DNA of 64,000 nucleotides from Octopus sinensis (Eukaryota), in NCBI RefSeq assembly GCF_006345805.1, contig NC_043002.1:76942001-77006000 (forward strand), read 5' to 3'. This document shows positions 24,726-37,930 of this stretch, piece by piece. The notes beneath the pieces were generated by a model. That model was not told the DNA's origin. It worked only from the letters and a program-made list of their open reading frames with translations, and did no database searches. The position numbers and the translations under genes were made by a program. Numbering within the stretch: the stretch's first letter is position 1; every line of letters begins with the position of its first letter.

Positions 24726-24957
24726 CATTGGTTCTCAATCTTTTTTTTCCTATAGATTCCTTTGTTTCCTATTTTACTCTGGGGGACCCTCACAGCCTTT
24801 CGATGTCTAAAAACTTCTGTTATATTCTTATGATTAAATATTTTTGGAATTGTATGAAAAAGCATTTAAACATTTTGTGTATTGTAGAAATATAACCAGA
24901 TTGTTGCACATAAATTCTAACAGCAAAATCTTATATGGACCCTTGCTGAGAACCACC
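24726..24957. mobile_element. hAT-type MITE
   Basis: CATTGGTTCTCAATC ... GCTGAGAACCAC decayed TIRs. Confidence 0.5.
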
Positions 24958-26228
24958 CACTATCCAATTCCAACACTCACAAGGTATTTGTTAACCCAAA
25001 GCTGTAGCAGAAGATACTAGCTTAGGGTGCTATATAGTGAGATTGAACTCAGAACCACATGGTTGAGAAGTTAACTTCTTAACTATTTGACCACGTCTGT
25101 GTCCATATAGTAATATTTGTTATTTATTTTGAAGGTCTTCAGTAGTCCATACTGGTGGCCACCAACAGAGAAGAGAAAGTTTTGAAGAAGGTAGTAAATG
25201 ACGTTATTGTTTATGACTTATAATTATTTCTATTACTTTTGAAGTGTCGGATGGAAAAGCAACAGGGCAGTTCTTAATGGGGTCAAGAAGGTTGCTTTTC
25301 TTGAAAATTTAGTGAGTTAGAGTAAGTTCATCAGCTGTGGGGAGTCAAGGATGTTAATGTTTTTCAACTGAGAGAGAAAACATTTTTTCCCCTCTCATTT
25401 AAGGGGTCAGTCCAAAAACATTTGTATCCTTTTCTCTAAACAGCATAGAAAATTATCCAAATTCATAGACTTCATTGTGAGACTGTTGTTACGGCAGGCC
25501 ACCATAGTTTCCTTGGACTCTGGTCTGTTGCCTATTTCTTGAGGAATTCAGTGTTTTGAGTTTATTATTTTAATTCCAATATTTTGTCAGTTAAAAAAAT
25601 AAAATTTTGTTCCTTTTTGTATTTGTTATTAAATTTTAAGAAAACTGTATTTAAAATGTCATTCTTTACTGCAAGGTCATTGTTGGAACTTGTAAACAAA
25701 ATCTGTTATTTTAAAAATCCCTTTACCATTCCATAAACAACAACTTAGCTCTCTGTGTTAATCAGTTCATGTTTTTGTAATAGTTTTCTCTTCATTGCAT
25801 CTATTTATTCATTCTCTAAAGGAAGTCATAACGGAAAAATGAGGGTGATTGATGCATGGAGGGGCCGTTGTGCAAACATTTCTAGCTTGTGCCAACATGG
25901 AATAACAGATGTTGAATCCACTTTTGTTATTGTAGTTGTAAATTGCAAATGTAACAATGTTTTGATTCCTTGTTGGAACTATTCCATTTACATTGCTAAT
26001 ACCCTTGGAAAAGACAAAAATATCTGAACATCACACCTTCTGCTTTCAAGATGCTTGCTACCTAATTAATTAAAAATTAGCATTCTTGCTGTCAAACATT
26101 TCTTTGTTTTCTATTCTTTGGCATTGTTGTTGTTGTTGTGTTGTTGTTTTAGACCCAGATCATCTCTGACTGAACAGATTTATAGTATGTAGGCAGTTGA
26201 TTGATCAACTAGGTCTCATCCATAGATC

Positions 26229-26486
26229 CAGGGACAGATTAAGACCTACAGAGGTCCTAAGCACTTAAAATATTTTGGTACCCTCATATATCTATGTAAT
26301 TCAAAATATAAACAAGAATAAACCATAAAATAAATTTTTCCAATCATATAAACCACTTCAAATTTTATTTTAGCAATTTTAAAGTGATTTCTTTTGTGCT
26401 GTAGACCATTTACCATTTCTGCGGTGCCCCTCTTCCCTTGGTGCCCTAAGCAAATGCTTATTTTGCTTCATGGTTAATCCAGTGCA
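26229..26486. mobile_element. PIF/Harbinger-type MITE
   Basis: CAGGGACAGATTAAGAC...GGTCCTAAGCAC and GCCCTAAGCAAATGC...TGGTTAATCCAGTGC termini. Confidence 0.5.
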
Positions 26487-27170
26487 GAATAGATCTATAG
26501 TTCAAGTTATACCATGCCACTATTTCTGAGCCGACAACTATGCAGTCCAACCTCTTATCTAATAGTGGATCATACTGTGTACAGTGTTATGCTTTGAATA
26601 AGTTATACTCACTTGTTTGTCAGTCTGCTTTAGAATTATGTAATCATGAATGATTATAACATAGAAAATAGTTTAAGTTAACTTCAAAATCAAAAAGCTT
26701 GTGCATTCGGCTGTATGTGAGTCATTATCATCATCATCATTGTGGTTGTCATCATTATCATTGTTATCATCATCATCATCATCATCATTATAGTTTAATG
26801 TCCATGTTCCATGCTGGTATGGGTTGGAGGATTTGACAGGATCAGATGTGTCCATCGAGCTCCAATATCTGCTTTGGTATGGTCTTTACAGTCAGGTACC
26901 CAACATAACATAATCACTTAACAGCATGGGCTGGATGCTTTTTTCCTGTTGCCTGTAATGTTGAGGTCACCCTGCAGTTCACAGGCTTAAGAGCCTTGGA
27001 GTAGGTGGGTACATGGGTGTGGTTTCAGCTTCATACCAGGGGAGGAGGGGCATTACTATGAGCAGGGTGGTCAGAGCAGGTTCCTGTGGAGAGATCTGCA
27101 TGGCTACTCACACCTCATAGGAGAAAAGTGGGGTGGTGGAGGGGGGAAGAGACAAAGAGAAAATGATCAT

Positions 27171-27583
27171 AGGTGCAGGAGTGGCTGTGTGGTAAGTAGC
27201 TTGCTTACCAACTACATGGTTCCGGGTTCAGTTCCACTGCATGGCACCTTGGGCAATGTCTTCTACTATGTCGGGCTGGCCTCGGGCTGTGAATGGATTT
27301 AGTAGACAGAAACTGAAAAAAGCCTGTCGTACATATGTGTGTGAGTGTGTGTGTATGTGTGTGTGTTTGGGTGTCTGTGTTTGTCTCACTCCCCCACCAT
27401 CGCCTGACAATTGATACTGGTGTGTTTACATCCCTGTAACTTAGCAGTCTGTCAAAAGAGACCGATAGAATAAGTATGAGGCTTACAAAGAATAAGTCCC
27501 TGGGGGCTATTTGATTGATTAAAGGCAGTGCTCCAGCATGGTTGCAGTCAAATGACTGAAACAAATAAAAGAGTAAAAGAGTG
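27171..27583 (+). mobile_element. SINE family A
   Basis: Colinear with 4075-4483. Confidence 0.9.
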
Positions 27584-27591
27584 TAAATTAA

Positions 27592-27812
27592 CCCTTTCGT
27601 TACTGTATTTATTTTGAGATGCTCAGTGTTTCTTTCAATTACTTTAAATATAATAAAGAATTTAGTAAAATTACTTGGTTGTCATTAAGCTAGTGTCAGA
27701 GACCATTAATTGTGACTAAGGTTTGGTGGAAGATTTTAATTCAAAATTTATGAAAACAAGACATTTGAACTCAGAGCCAGAGCCAGTTTCAGCCGGGTTG
27801 GTAACGAAAGGG
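27592..27812. mobile_element. piggyBac-type MITE, 221 bp
   Basis: TTAA|CCCTTTCGTTAC ... GTAACGAAAGGG|TTAA: perfect 12-bp TIR and TTAA TSD. Confidence 0.9.
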
Positions 27813-28381
27813 TTAATAACAGTTTAGAGTAACCTACAAACTCAACATATCAGGTTTACCAAATGAGCCGTTGTGTCCATATATAACTGGACTTAGGAAT
27901 GTACAACAACACCGTAAGTAAAATTTGATAGGATTACTTATTACTTACAAATCTAAGCTACCAAACACCATGTTTTATAGTCTAAACTGGCTCTTTGCTG
28001 TTGAGCCATTTATAATTTGACCTTTAAATCTAGTAGCAAAGTAAATCTCGATAAAACTATATAATTTGGTAATATTTTGTTAGCTCTGACTATCCTGCTT
28101 CTTTGTTTTGACCATAAGCATCATATTGATTTAATTTTGGAACATGTCCCAGCAATGAATGAGGTAAAGTTCTTTTTTTTTCTTGTTTTTGTTTTTTTCT
28201 TTTTTTGAAAGATATTAGTAGGTCAAGTAATTTACATAGATCCTCTCTTTTAGTTTAGAGATACAAAGAAACAGAAGAGCAAGAACATTCTAAGGAATCA
28301 ATAAATCTTATTTTAAAATTAGATACAAGCTGTTCCATTATACAGGCCATAACTTATTAACAAATAAATATTAAATTGATA

Positions 28382-28645
28382 AGCGCAAGAGTGGCTGGGT
28401 GCAAAGAAGCTAGCTTGCCAACCATATGGTTCTGGGTTCAGTCCCACTGTGTGACACCTTGGGCAAGTGTCTTCTACTACAGCTTCAGGCTGATCAAAGC
28501 CTTGTGAGTGGATTTTGATAGATGGAAACTGAAAGAAGCCCATTGTATATATATGTATGTGCTTGTGTGATTTGCTCGACTAGAGGCGGTGCTCCAGCAT
28601 GGCCACAGTCAAATGACTGAAACTAGTAAAAAAGTAAAAGAATGT
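28382..28645 (+). mobile_element. SINE family A with an internal deletion
   Basis: The microsatellite is joined directly to ATTTGCTCGACT. Confidence 0.85.
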
Positions 28646-28733
28646 ATTTTCTCATTAGCTGCAGTCCACAGCCTCTCTCATAGAAGATGAGTTTTAATGT
28701 TATTTTGTTTTTATGGAATATGATATGGTTTCT

Positions 28734-28966
28734 TATTTCTTTATTGCCCACAAGGAGCTAAACATAGATGGTACAAACAAGGACAGACAAAGGGATTAAG
28801 TCAATTACATTGACCCCATTGTGTAACTGGTACTGAATTTATTGACCCTGAAAGGATGAAAGGCAAAGTCGATCTTAGCGGAATTTGAACTCAGAACGTA
28901 ACGGCAGATGAAATATCGTTAAGCATTTCACCGGCATGCTAACGTTTCTGCCAGCTCGCCGCCTTT
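28734..28966 (-). mobile_element. SINE family B with a perfect 18-bp TSD
   Basis: TSD GAATATGATATGGTTTCT at 28716-28733 and 28967-28984. Confidence 0.92.
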
Positions 28967-29169
28967 GAATATGATATGGTTTCTGTCATTGTCCTAAAGA
29001 TAACATTGATTGAAGTTTTCAATGATTCTTCAATCTCTTTAAGTGAAAGAAAGGTGGTCTTTCCCCCCCCCTTTTTTTTGTAGTCCAATGATAATAATAG
29101 TAAACTTGTTCATAGCATTTTAAAATTCACTGAACGAAATGCCATTTTAATGTATTGAAACATATCTCT

Positions 29170-29572
29170 GTTACTCTTTTACTTGTTTCAGTCATTTGAC
29201 TGCAGCCATGCTGGAGCACCACCTTTAGTCGACCAAATCATCCCCAGGACTTATTCTTTGTAAGCCTAGTACTTATTCTATCGGTTCTTTTGCCGAACTG
29301 CTAAGTTACGAGGACATAAACATACCAGCATCAGTTGTCAAGCGATGTTGGGGGAGACAAACACAGATACACAAACACACACACACATATATATATACAT
29401 ATACATATATACGACAGGCTTCTTTCAGTTTCCGTCTACCAAATCCACTCACAAGGCTTTGGTCGGCCTGAGGCTATAGTAGAAGACACTTGCCTAAGGT
29501 GCCATGCAGTGGGACTGAACCCAGAACCATGTGGTTGGTAAGCAAGCTACTTACCACACAGCCACTCCTGTG
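29170..29572 (-). mobile_element. SINE family A
   Basis: Reverse complement of family A. Confidence 0.9.
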
Positions 29573-30560
29573 CCATAATTTCAGAAAGCACAAAATATCT
29601 ATGGAATATATTTGTTTATACATTTGTGAATCCAAATTAGATAGAATGTTTGGGCCTGATACAGCCAGTTTGAATGCCAAAGGGTTAAAAATCAACAAAA
29701 ATCAATAACACTTCAATATCCTTGATTAAATTTATGTATAGGGCTTACAGTTGAAAGCGTGTAAGGTTTTATATAGAAACCCTGGAATGAGTTTTGATTT
29801 AGGTTGTATGGTATTTTGTTACACTGTAACCTACCCTGAATTTATATGTTTTCAGTAATAATATCAGTTTTATTGACCAAATTAGGTTTGTTGTAGATCC
29901 AATTGAAACAGTCACCAGATGTTTTATTTTGAGTAGCATATTAACACCTTCAATTTATGATTTTTGACAACAGATGTTTGATAAGGAAATACTGGAGTTA
30001 TAGAGATACTGATGCCTCCTGAAAATTAAAAAAAAAGAAAGACAGAATCTGACCGATTCCTATGTTACACAAATACATGCCAATAGAAAATAAATTCACA
30101 TTTTTACATTTAAAATTGTACAGTGCATAGAAACGGATATACAAATTCATAATGTTAGATGTTAGTAATACTAAAAATAGATAGATCAACAAACAGATAG
30201 CACTCGTAATAAAATGTTCTAAATGACTTCAAAAGAGAAAGGAAACTTCAATGAAGTTCAGTGAGATGTGAAACTTGGAGAATGAATAATATTTATTTTG
30301 GGTTATTTAATGTTATTATTAGCATAGGGATATTTTTACTTTTATGTATATAGACCCAAACATACAGTCTGATGTTACAACTCTGATATCCAGAAATCCA
30401 TAATTTCAGAAAGCACAGTAATAAAAAAAAAACAAATGAAAAAAAAAATGAAAATATAGCACTCACTCACTATTTTGCTTTCTCAAGGTGAGACATTCAA
30501 AATCTCACATCCTACTTTTGCTATTGGACCACATCTTGCAAGAAACTCAGTGTTGTTGAG

Positions 30561-31003
30561 GTGAGCTGGCTGAAACATTAGCATGCCGGGCAAAATGCTT
30601 AGTGGTATTTCGTCTGCCACTATGTTCTGAGTTCAAATTCTGCTGAGGTCGACTTTGCCTTTCATCCTTTCGGGTTCGATAAATTAAGTACCAGTTACGC
30701 ACTGGGGTCGATGTAATCAACTTAATCCCTTTGTCTGTCCTTGTTTGTTCTCTCTATGTTTAGCCCTTTGTGGACAATAAAGAAATATGAAACATTAGCA
30801 TGCCGGGTGAAATGCTTAGCGGTATTTCGTCTGCCGTTATGGTCTGAGTTCAAATTCCGTCAAGGTCGACTTTGCCTCTCATTCTTTTGGGGTCGATAAA
30901 TTAAGTACCAGTTACGCACTGGGGTTGATGTAATCGACTCAATCCCTTTGTCTGTCCTTGTTTGTCCTCTCTATGTTTAGACCCTTGTGGGCAATAAAGA
31001 AAT
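30561..31003 (+). mobile_element. Head-to-tail dimer of family B SINEs with one 21-bp TSD
   Basis: TSD AAGAAACTCAGT(G/A)TTGTTGAG at 30540-30560 and 31004-31024; the second monomer starts at GAAACATTAGC. Confidence 0.9.
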
Positions 31004-31189
31004 AAGAAACTCAGTATTGTTGAGTATGTAACATACTGCATTTCTCAACTTTTAACTTCTATCTTAGCACTGAGCATTTGCTTCTTTGTGCAAGTATGCA
31101 GAGTTGCTACTGTTGCTTTGGTGGTGGTGGTGGTGCTGCTACTACTATTCTAGCTCTCATTGTCTCTGCAGTGTATTTCATACTGATAA

Positions 31190-31395
31190 TCCTTTCTATT
31201 ATAGATTCAAGGACTGAAATTTTGGGGACGGTGGGGGCTGGTCAGTTACATCGGCCCCAGTGCTTATTTTATCGGCCCCAAATTGTGTAAAGGTAAATTT
31301 GACTTTGACAGAATTTGAACTCAGAATGTAAAGCTGGAAGAAATGCCACTTGGCATTTTGTCTAGCATGCTAAAAATTCTGCCAGCTCTCCACCT
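31190..31395 (-). mobile_element. SINE family B, old
   Basis: Reverse complement of the head (GCCAGCTCTCCACC) and CORE remnants. Confidence 0.65.
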
Positions 31396-31400
31396 TTTCG

Positions 31401-31590
31401 AAAAGTGCTGAGTGCTCAAAGTGGATGATGTTTGTGGAAGAAGACCCAGAAAGACATTGGGTGAAGCAGTGAAAAGTGATCTCAAAATGCTGAACCTCAC
31501 AAAAGTGATACAAGGAAGCACATCAATTAGCAGCTTGCAGTGTTGGGAGAAAACCTGCACACTTGTGCAAACATGTCAGACAGAATGCTA
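31401..31590 (+). mobile_element. Old RTE ORF2 C-terminal fragment
   Basis: VLKVDDVCGRRPRKTLGEAVKSDLKMLNLT, homologous to 58358-58504. Confidence 0.7.
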
Positions 31591-32436
31591 AAATGGGCAG
31601 TGATTGTGATTAGGATATTTCCAGTGCACTCTGTTCTACCCTTATCATACTTCTATGATATCCTCTTGCTTCTCTTTCTCTCACTGACCCTCAGCTTTTT
31701 TGCCACTTCAACACACTCTCATCTCCCCCTCTCTGACCTCCTCCTCCTCCATCTCCACACATCATCACCTCCCTTTCACAACTATGTACCTGTTCTTCCC
31801 TTCAGACTTTAACTTCTTTAAATATTCCACCTAATGTTATCACTCTTTCTTTTATTCTCTTTCTCAGTTGTCGGGTCTCTTTAGTCTTGCAAGTTGCAAA
31901 GCAACCTCACTGATTCTGGTGCCATGTAAAAGCACTCAATGCACTTAGTCACGTGGTTGGTGTGTAAAAGGCCATCTAACTATAGAAACTACATTGCAAC
32001 TAAGATTTAAGCAAGATGGTGGAGTGACATAATGAGTAAGATTTACTGCATTTTTAACATTGAGAAAAAAAATCATTTTTTACAAATGTTCACTACTTTA
32101 CAAAAACTATATCAGCTAAGCAAATGACCTTCTCTAAATGCCTTAAAAACATTATAACATACTTTGAACACTATTTCAGAAAATTATCTGAAATAAATAA
32201 TATATATATATGTATATATCATCATCATCATCATCATCATATGCATATATACATACATATACGTACATACTTATATGTTTACGTATATACATATGCATAT
32301 GTCACAAAACATAAACAATGAATTATACAAAGTACGAGGACATGGAATAAGGGCTTTTTTTTACAAGCAACAAAAGAAACAAATGGAAAACAAGACAAGC
32401 AACACAGTTGTCGTTTGTTTTTCTAATCCATATTTC

Positions 32437-32471
<35 letters not shown>

Positions 32472-34109
32472 CTATCTCTGTACTATAGACTTGATCAAGG
32501 AGTAATTGATTGTTAGTTTTAGTCTTCTATAATAATTCCATTAATATTTAGAAAACCTTGTAGAAATATTAATAAATATTAACAAATCAACCCTAGTATT
32601 TGACAAATACTATATTTTCCAGAACCTGGAAGGACCAAACAAATTGTTGCTCCTTATAAAGGTTAAGGATTAAAAGCGAAAATTTATAAGATGTAGGTTA
32701 ATCATTAAAAAATCTAGCATTTAGACAGATGAAAGATTATCTCAGAATAATCTATACAATAAAATGTGCTGGAATATTTTGCATAATGAATTGTCTAATA
32801 AAACAAACATTCCCCAAGAAATTTTAATTTCTATTCAACTTCTTTAAATCTGACTTATTTAATTGATAATTCCAATTTTCTTTATTTTGAAGTGTTTCCA
32901 AATTCTTGTGATGTTTTGGTAAATTTTTGTTAGAAATGGTTTTCCTTATTTGTACAGGCTTCTAGAAAATTAATCTGTTTATAATCCTGTGGCAAATGAA
33001 ATAAACTACACATGCATACACATGAGCACAGACACACAGATGCAGGCACATAAATACACATTCATACACAAACTTGTGGTATGAGTGTACACAATATACA
33101 TATATTTGTGTGTTTGCGTAATTGCACATGTATACATATGATCATGAACATGTGTACACACATAGAAATTTGCTTCTAATAAGGAAATTACATTGAGCAA
33201 AAGAGAAGAATTCAAACAGTTGAAATTGCATCATGACAGGAGGAGGATTTGAATTGGTGCCAAAACTGATGATGAAAACAAGAAACACCATCTTTAACAT
33301 TTTATTTATCCATCTCTTCAAAAATAATCTTAATCATTTTAATGTTGCCAGTTTGTTGGCAAGGGATTCTATGAGAAGTGCTGTAAGGTGCTGTTCTCAA
33401 GTAAGACATTAACATAACAAATGCACATTTAGAAAACAATAAAATACAAATATTTGAACATGAGTCACATGTACTTGCATGCATTTTATCTTCAGTGTCC
33501 TTGCCATATGGATTTGCCAAACATTAAGGCAAAGAAAATAAACAGCAAAAACATTCCTTCATTATCCTCACCATATATGGCTGGGTGAAGGAATAGTTAA
33601 TAGACTTACTAGTAGAATGCATGAATGTAGAGAACTATGGAATAATAAACAGGTGGGTGAAGAATTAGATATTTATGTAACCCAGTGTTTATACATAATA
33701 TTAGACAGAGAAGTGGACATAAATCTAGCTTGGTGATTTGGTAATGGAATAGATCTATAAGTGGGCATGCTGATAATTGTCATCATTTTCACTGTTATCT
33801 AAGAATTCATTTACCACACTTTCGTCCACAAAGTTTAATCCTGTGCCATCTCATACATTGAACTTCCATTTTCAAATTTAACCTAAATATCCTTTCCAAT
33901 TTCTCCAAAATCTATTTTCGCTTTGGGTACCTTCCACTATCAGTTCACAGTACATTTTAATCACCATTCATCATCAATTTCTATTATATTCTTACTATTA
34001 CAATTGTCTCTTTCACTCACCAGTTATTGCTTTTGAGGAAGTCATTTTTCTCAGCCCACTGTTAAATTTGTACTTTAGTTCTTTCTGTATGCTAATAAAA
34101 TAGCTGAGG

Positions 34110-34409
34110 GCAGCATTTCTTGAAGTGGACTCCATGACAAAAGCTCTGGGGCTCTACAAAATATATCTTTTAATGAAATTTAATAAAGATTTATTTTAGT
34201 TAACAAATAATATCCCCATTTACTAAATACTATGCTATTGTACGTTATTTTTCCATATGAATAGATACTCTCTTTAAAACAATCTCATTTCATTGAATGC
34301 CTTATTAAAATTACTATAGTAATTGTCCTTGAAATAAGAGTATGCTTTCTGCAATTTTTGAAAAAAATCATATAGGTGTTCCCTGATAAAATAAGTTTAG
34401 AAACTGCTG
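34110..34409. mobile_element. hAT (Charlie-like) MITE, old
   Basis: CAGCATTTCTTGAAGTGG ... AAGTTTAGAAACTGCTG; no clean TSD. Confidence 0.4.
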
Positions 34410-36144
34410 GTCTAGCATATTACTTTGATTATCTTTATTTTTCTTACTATGTCTGATATTTTACTTTTTCTGTTCATATTTATCATATTCATACATGTCA
34501 CGTCTTATTATCATATGAACCAAACTGCTTCTTATTTCTATGAGTGATCCACTTTTCTGCCAATAATGACAGAAATTCTCAACCTTTTAATCTACTATGA
34601 ACTCTAAAAGCTTATATGTCTCAGGAGATGATACAACTATTGATCTGATTGGTTAAACAGATGAACTTGCAAACAATTTCCAGGGAATTAACTTAGTAGT
34701 CTCTGGTCTTTAGATTCCAATAGCATGAAATTTGTTATATTCATTGCTTTTAGAACACTGTCAATAACATTTCTGGATTAGCCTACATAAAATGATTCTA
34801 CGCACTTTGAGTATCTATCTATTGTGTTCTGTTCACAAAGTAAACAGTTCTTCAGTTTTATTGCTTCATTGATGCCTTAAACTTCAATGACCTTATCGTA
34901 ACCACATTAACTTTGTCTTCTCAATTAAATTTTCCTTTTTCTCCTCAGCCATCCGATAAGTTTGCATTTCAAAGTCAAACAAATAGCATAGTTTCAATTA
35001 GAAGCTGAATTCAGCTGGCATAAATCCTTTTTATATTGTTTTAATTTTAAACAATGTTTACATATATAATGAAATGATTAGATAAAGTAGAAAATTTCTA
35101 AAAGACAGTATCACAATATAGTTTTGTCATTATTGCTTTACCCTAGGTAAGCCCAGTTCCAGCAGACCTACAATTAAATACATTCCATCTATGAATATTC
35201 TGTGCTTTATGTATATCTAGAACTATATCATCAAATGTTTCCTTCATTTTTTAAGACATTTTGAAGAATATTTAGCTACTGTTTCTAAGCAGTTGAATGA
35301 CCATATTGCAGTCCTCTTATTGCCTTGTGATATGACTCTATTACTGGAGGAGACTTCTTGATAAAATTGAGTCAGCAAATGCATTAACATACCAGCAAAA
35401 ATAGGTAGGATATACTTTTTCCAGATGTAAACCTAAATGTTTTGATGTTGCATTGCTAACTGCAGACATTAACACCCTAAAATATCAATACTGCTTTCAA
35501 GTCAAAATGTTTGTGTAGCTATAACTATGCACAATAAATATTATATGTTGGATGAAAAAAAAAATGTTATGAGCCCTTAATAAGTTGTAGTTAGAGTAAA
35601 AGTTGATTGCATATGTTTTGAAGAACTTTTATGTCATACATGTAGTATATTTGAAGTGCAGTATAAATGAATGAGGTTTCAGATTCAATCCCACTGCATA
35701 GCATCTCAGGCAAATATCCTTTTCTATAGCCTTTGGGCAACCTATACCTTGTGAGTGAAATTGGGTAGAGAAAAACTAAATAGAAAGCTGTTGGCTCCAT
35801 TGTATCTGTAACTAAAAACTATAGATATATTTTGTCACGCACTCACACTTTGTATCATTGTCATTCTATCTGGGAATTATGTCAAGGCAATCATAGGCAA
35901 ACTGCAAACCTCACCAATTTTCTAAATAGCATGCCTGAAGAAAAAATTATCTTGAATCTTTTTTAGCAGTGTAGCCTGTTTTTTGATGAGCCATGTCTCA
36001 TGTGGCCTGCTTCTTGTAAGAGGGTAACCCATGCTGGCATTAAGGGTACATATATCTGTGTAAGCTCAACTACTTAGCAATTCAGTTGATTGAATAATTG
36101 AATCCTCATCATTGAAACTGACACAGAATTTCCCTCCTTCACCT

Positions 36145-36183
<39 letters not shown>

Positions 36184-36266
36184 TTCTCTCTTTCTCTTTC
36201 TTTCTCTCTCTCTTTCTCTCTCTTTCTCGCTCTCTCTCTCTCACACACACACACACTTGTATGTGC

Positions 36267-36300
<34 letters not shown>

Positions 36301-36302
36301 AA
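36145..36302. repeat. (CT)n-(CA)n-(TG)n-(AG)n compound microsatellite
   Basis: Directly visible. Confidence 0.95.
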
Positions 36303-37282
36303 CTCACACATGAAATGATAAAGGATTGAGAGAAGACCTAATACATCCAAGCTAGTATGTATATCCGACCAGACATTAAACTGATAATTAGGATAATTAT
36401 TATAATTTTCTTTTTATACTATCAGCATTTTAATTAATCAGAAGGCTACTAAGATTAACAAGATTAATGATAAGTGTTTATCAGTTATTATTTTGTTGTT
36501 TTTTTTTTATCATATATTACAGATTTGAATATTTTCATAAACTGTAGGAATAAGAGCTTTGTTTGTTACCAATTGTATTTTCAAGATTCAGTCACTCAGC
36601 AATGATACATGGAAGTGATCAGCCAGATCAAATAGAGGGATTAAATTAATAAATAGACGAGGTGCAGAGATGGCTGTGCAGTTAATAAGTTTGCTTTGCA
36701 ACCAAGTGATTTTGGGTTTAGTTCAATTGTGCAGCACCTTGCACAAAATGCTGGTCTGAAGAAGATCAGTCCAGCTCCTGCAAGCATTTGGCAAATGGAC
36801 ACAAAACGACTGACTATGGCAACACACTCATGCACATATAGATGAATACTTGCATACACACACTCACACACATACACACTCTCTTCCTGCCATTTTTTAT
36901 TGCTGTTCTTTAAATTTAATGTTAAACATTATCATTTATCATCATTTGTTAACCTAAGATTGAGTTGGCAGAGCAGTAAAGATGATTCATTTGTTAGTTT
37001 AATAAAACTGAAATGGCAAAGTTTATAAAAAAAAAAAATTGGGCAAAACATAATATAACTCAACACTATAATTCATCATTTATATAAAAATTTTGAACAT
37101 TTTTGTAATATGAACATAAATATCAATTTGTAAATTGTGAACTTAACTTAAATATTATACCCCTTGTCTCATAAATTCCATATTAATCACTTTCACAAAG
37201 ACATCAGAACTTCTCTTTCTAAGTGACACTTTAATTTTGACACCTAAAAAATACAATTTTTTTTTTGTTTTTCAGTTGAATT

Positions 37283-37704
37283 TTACTCTTTTACTCTTCT
37301 ACTTGTTTCAGTCATGTGACTGTGGCCATGCTGGAGCACCACCTTTAGTCGAGCAAATCGACCCCAGGACTTATTCTTTGTAAGCCTAGAACTTATTCTA
37401 TCGGTCTCTTTTTCCAAACCGCCAAGTTACACGGGATGTAAATACACCACCATCAGTTGTCAAGCGATGTTGTGGGGACAAACACAGACACACACAGACA
37501 CACAGACACACACACACACACATAAATATATATACATACATATATACGTTGGGCTTATTTCAGTTTCCATCTACCTAATCCACTCACAAGGCTTTGGTTG
37601 GCCTGAGACTATAGTAGAAGACACTTGCCCAAGGTGCCATGCAGTGAGACTGAACCCAGAACCATGTGGCTGGTAAGCAAGCTACTTACCACACAGCCAC
37701 TCCT
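37283..37704 (-). mobile_element. SINE family A
   Basis: Reverse complement of family A. Confidence 0.9.
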
Positions 37705-37724
37705 AATAATAATTGATAATAATT

Positions 37725-37930
37725 CTTTCTATTACAGGCATAAGATTTAAAAGTTTGGGGAAGGGGAAAGTCAATTACATCAACTCCAGTGCCCAACTGG
37801 TACTTAATTCATCAACTCCTAAAAGGATGAAAGGCAAAGTCGACCTTGGCAGAATTTAAGCTCACAGCATAAAACCAGAAGAAATGTATTTTATTCGGCG
37901 TGGTAATGATTCTACCAGCTCACTGCCTTT
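37725..37930 (-). mobile_element. SINE family B, old
   Basis: AAAGGATGAAAGGCAAAGTCGACCTTGGCAGAATT. Confidence 0.7.

Noticed and set aside
25136-25191. Plus mini-exon with QRRESF (PDE4 UCR1-like)
   Set aside because: The match is only five or six residues, the donor is weak, and no other PDE exons are present.
25755-26027. 90-aa plus ORF and overlapping minus open frame
   Set aside because: Acceptor-like sites on both strands but no donor, no recognisable motif and an in-frame stop; unresolved.
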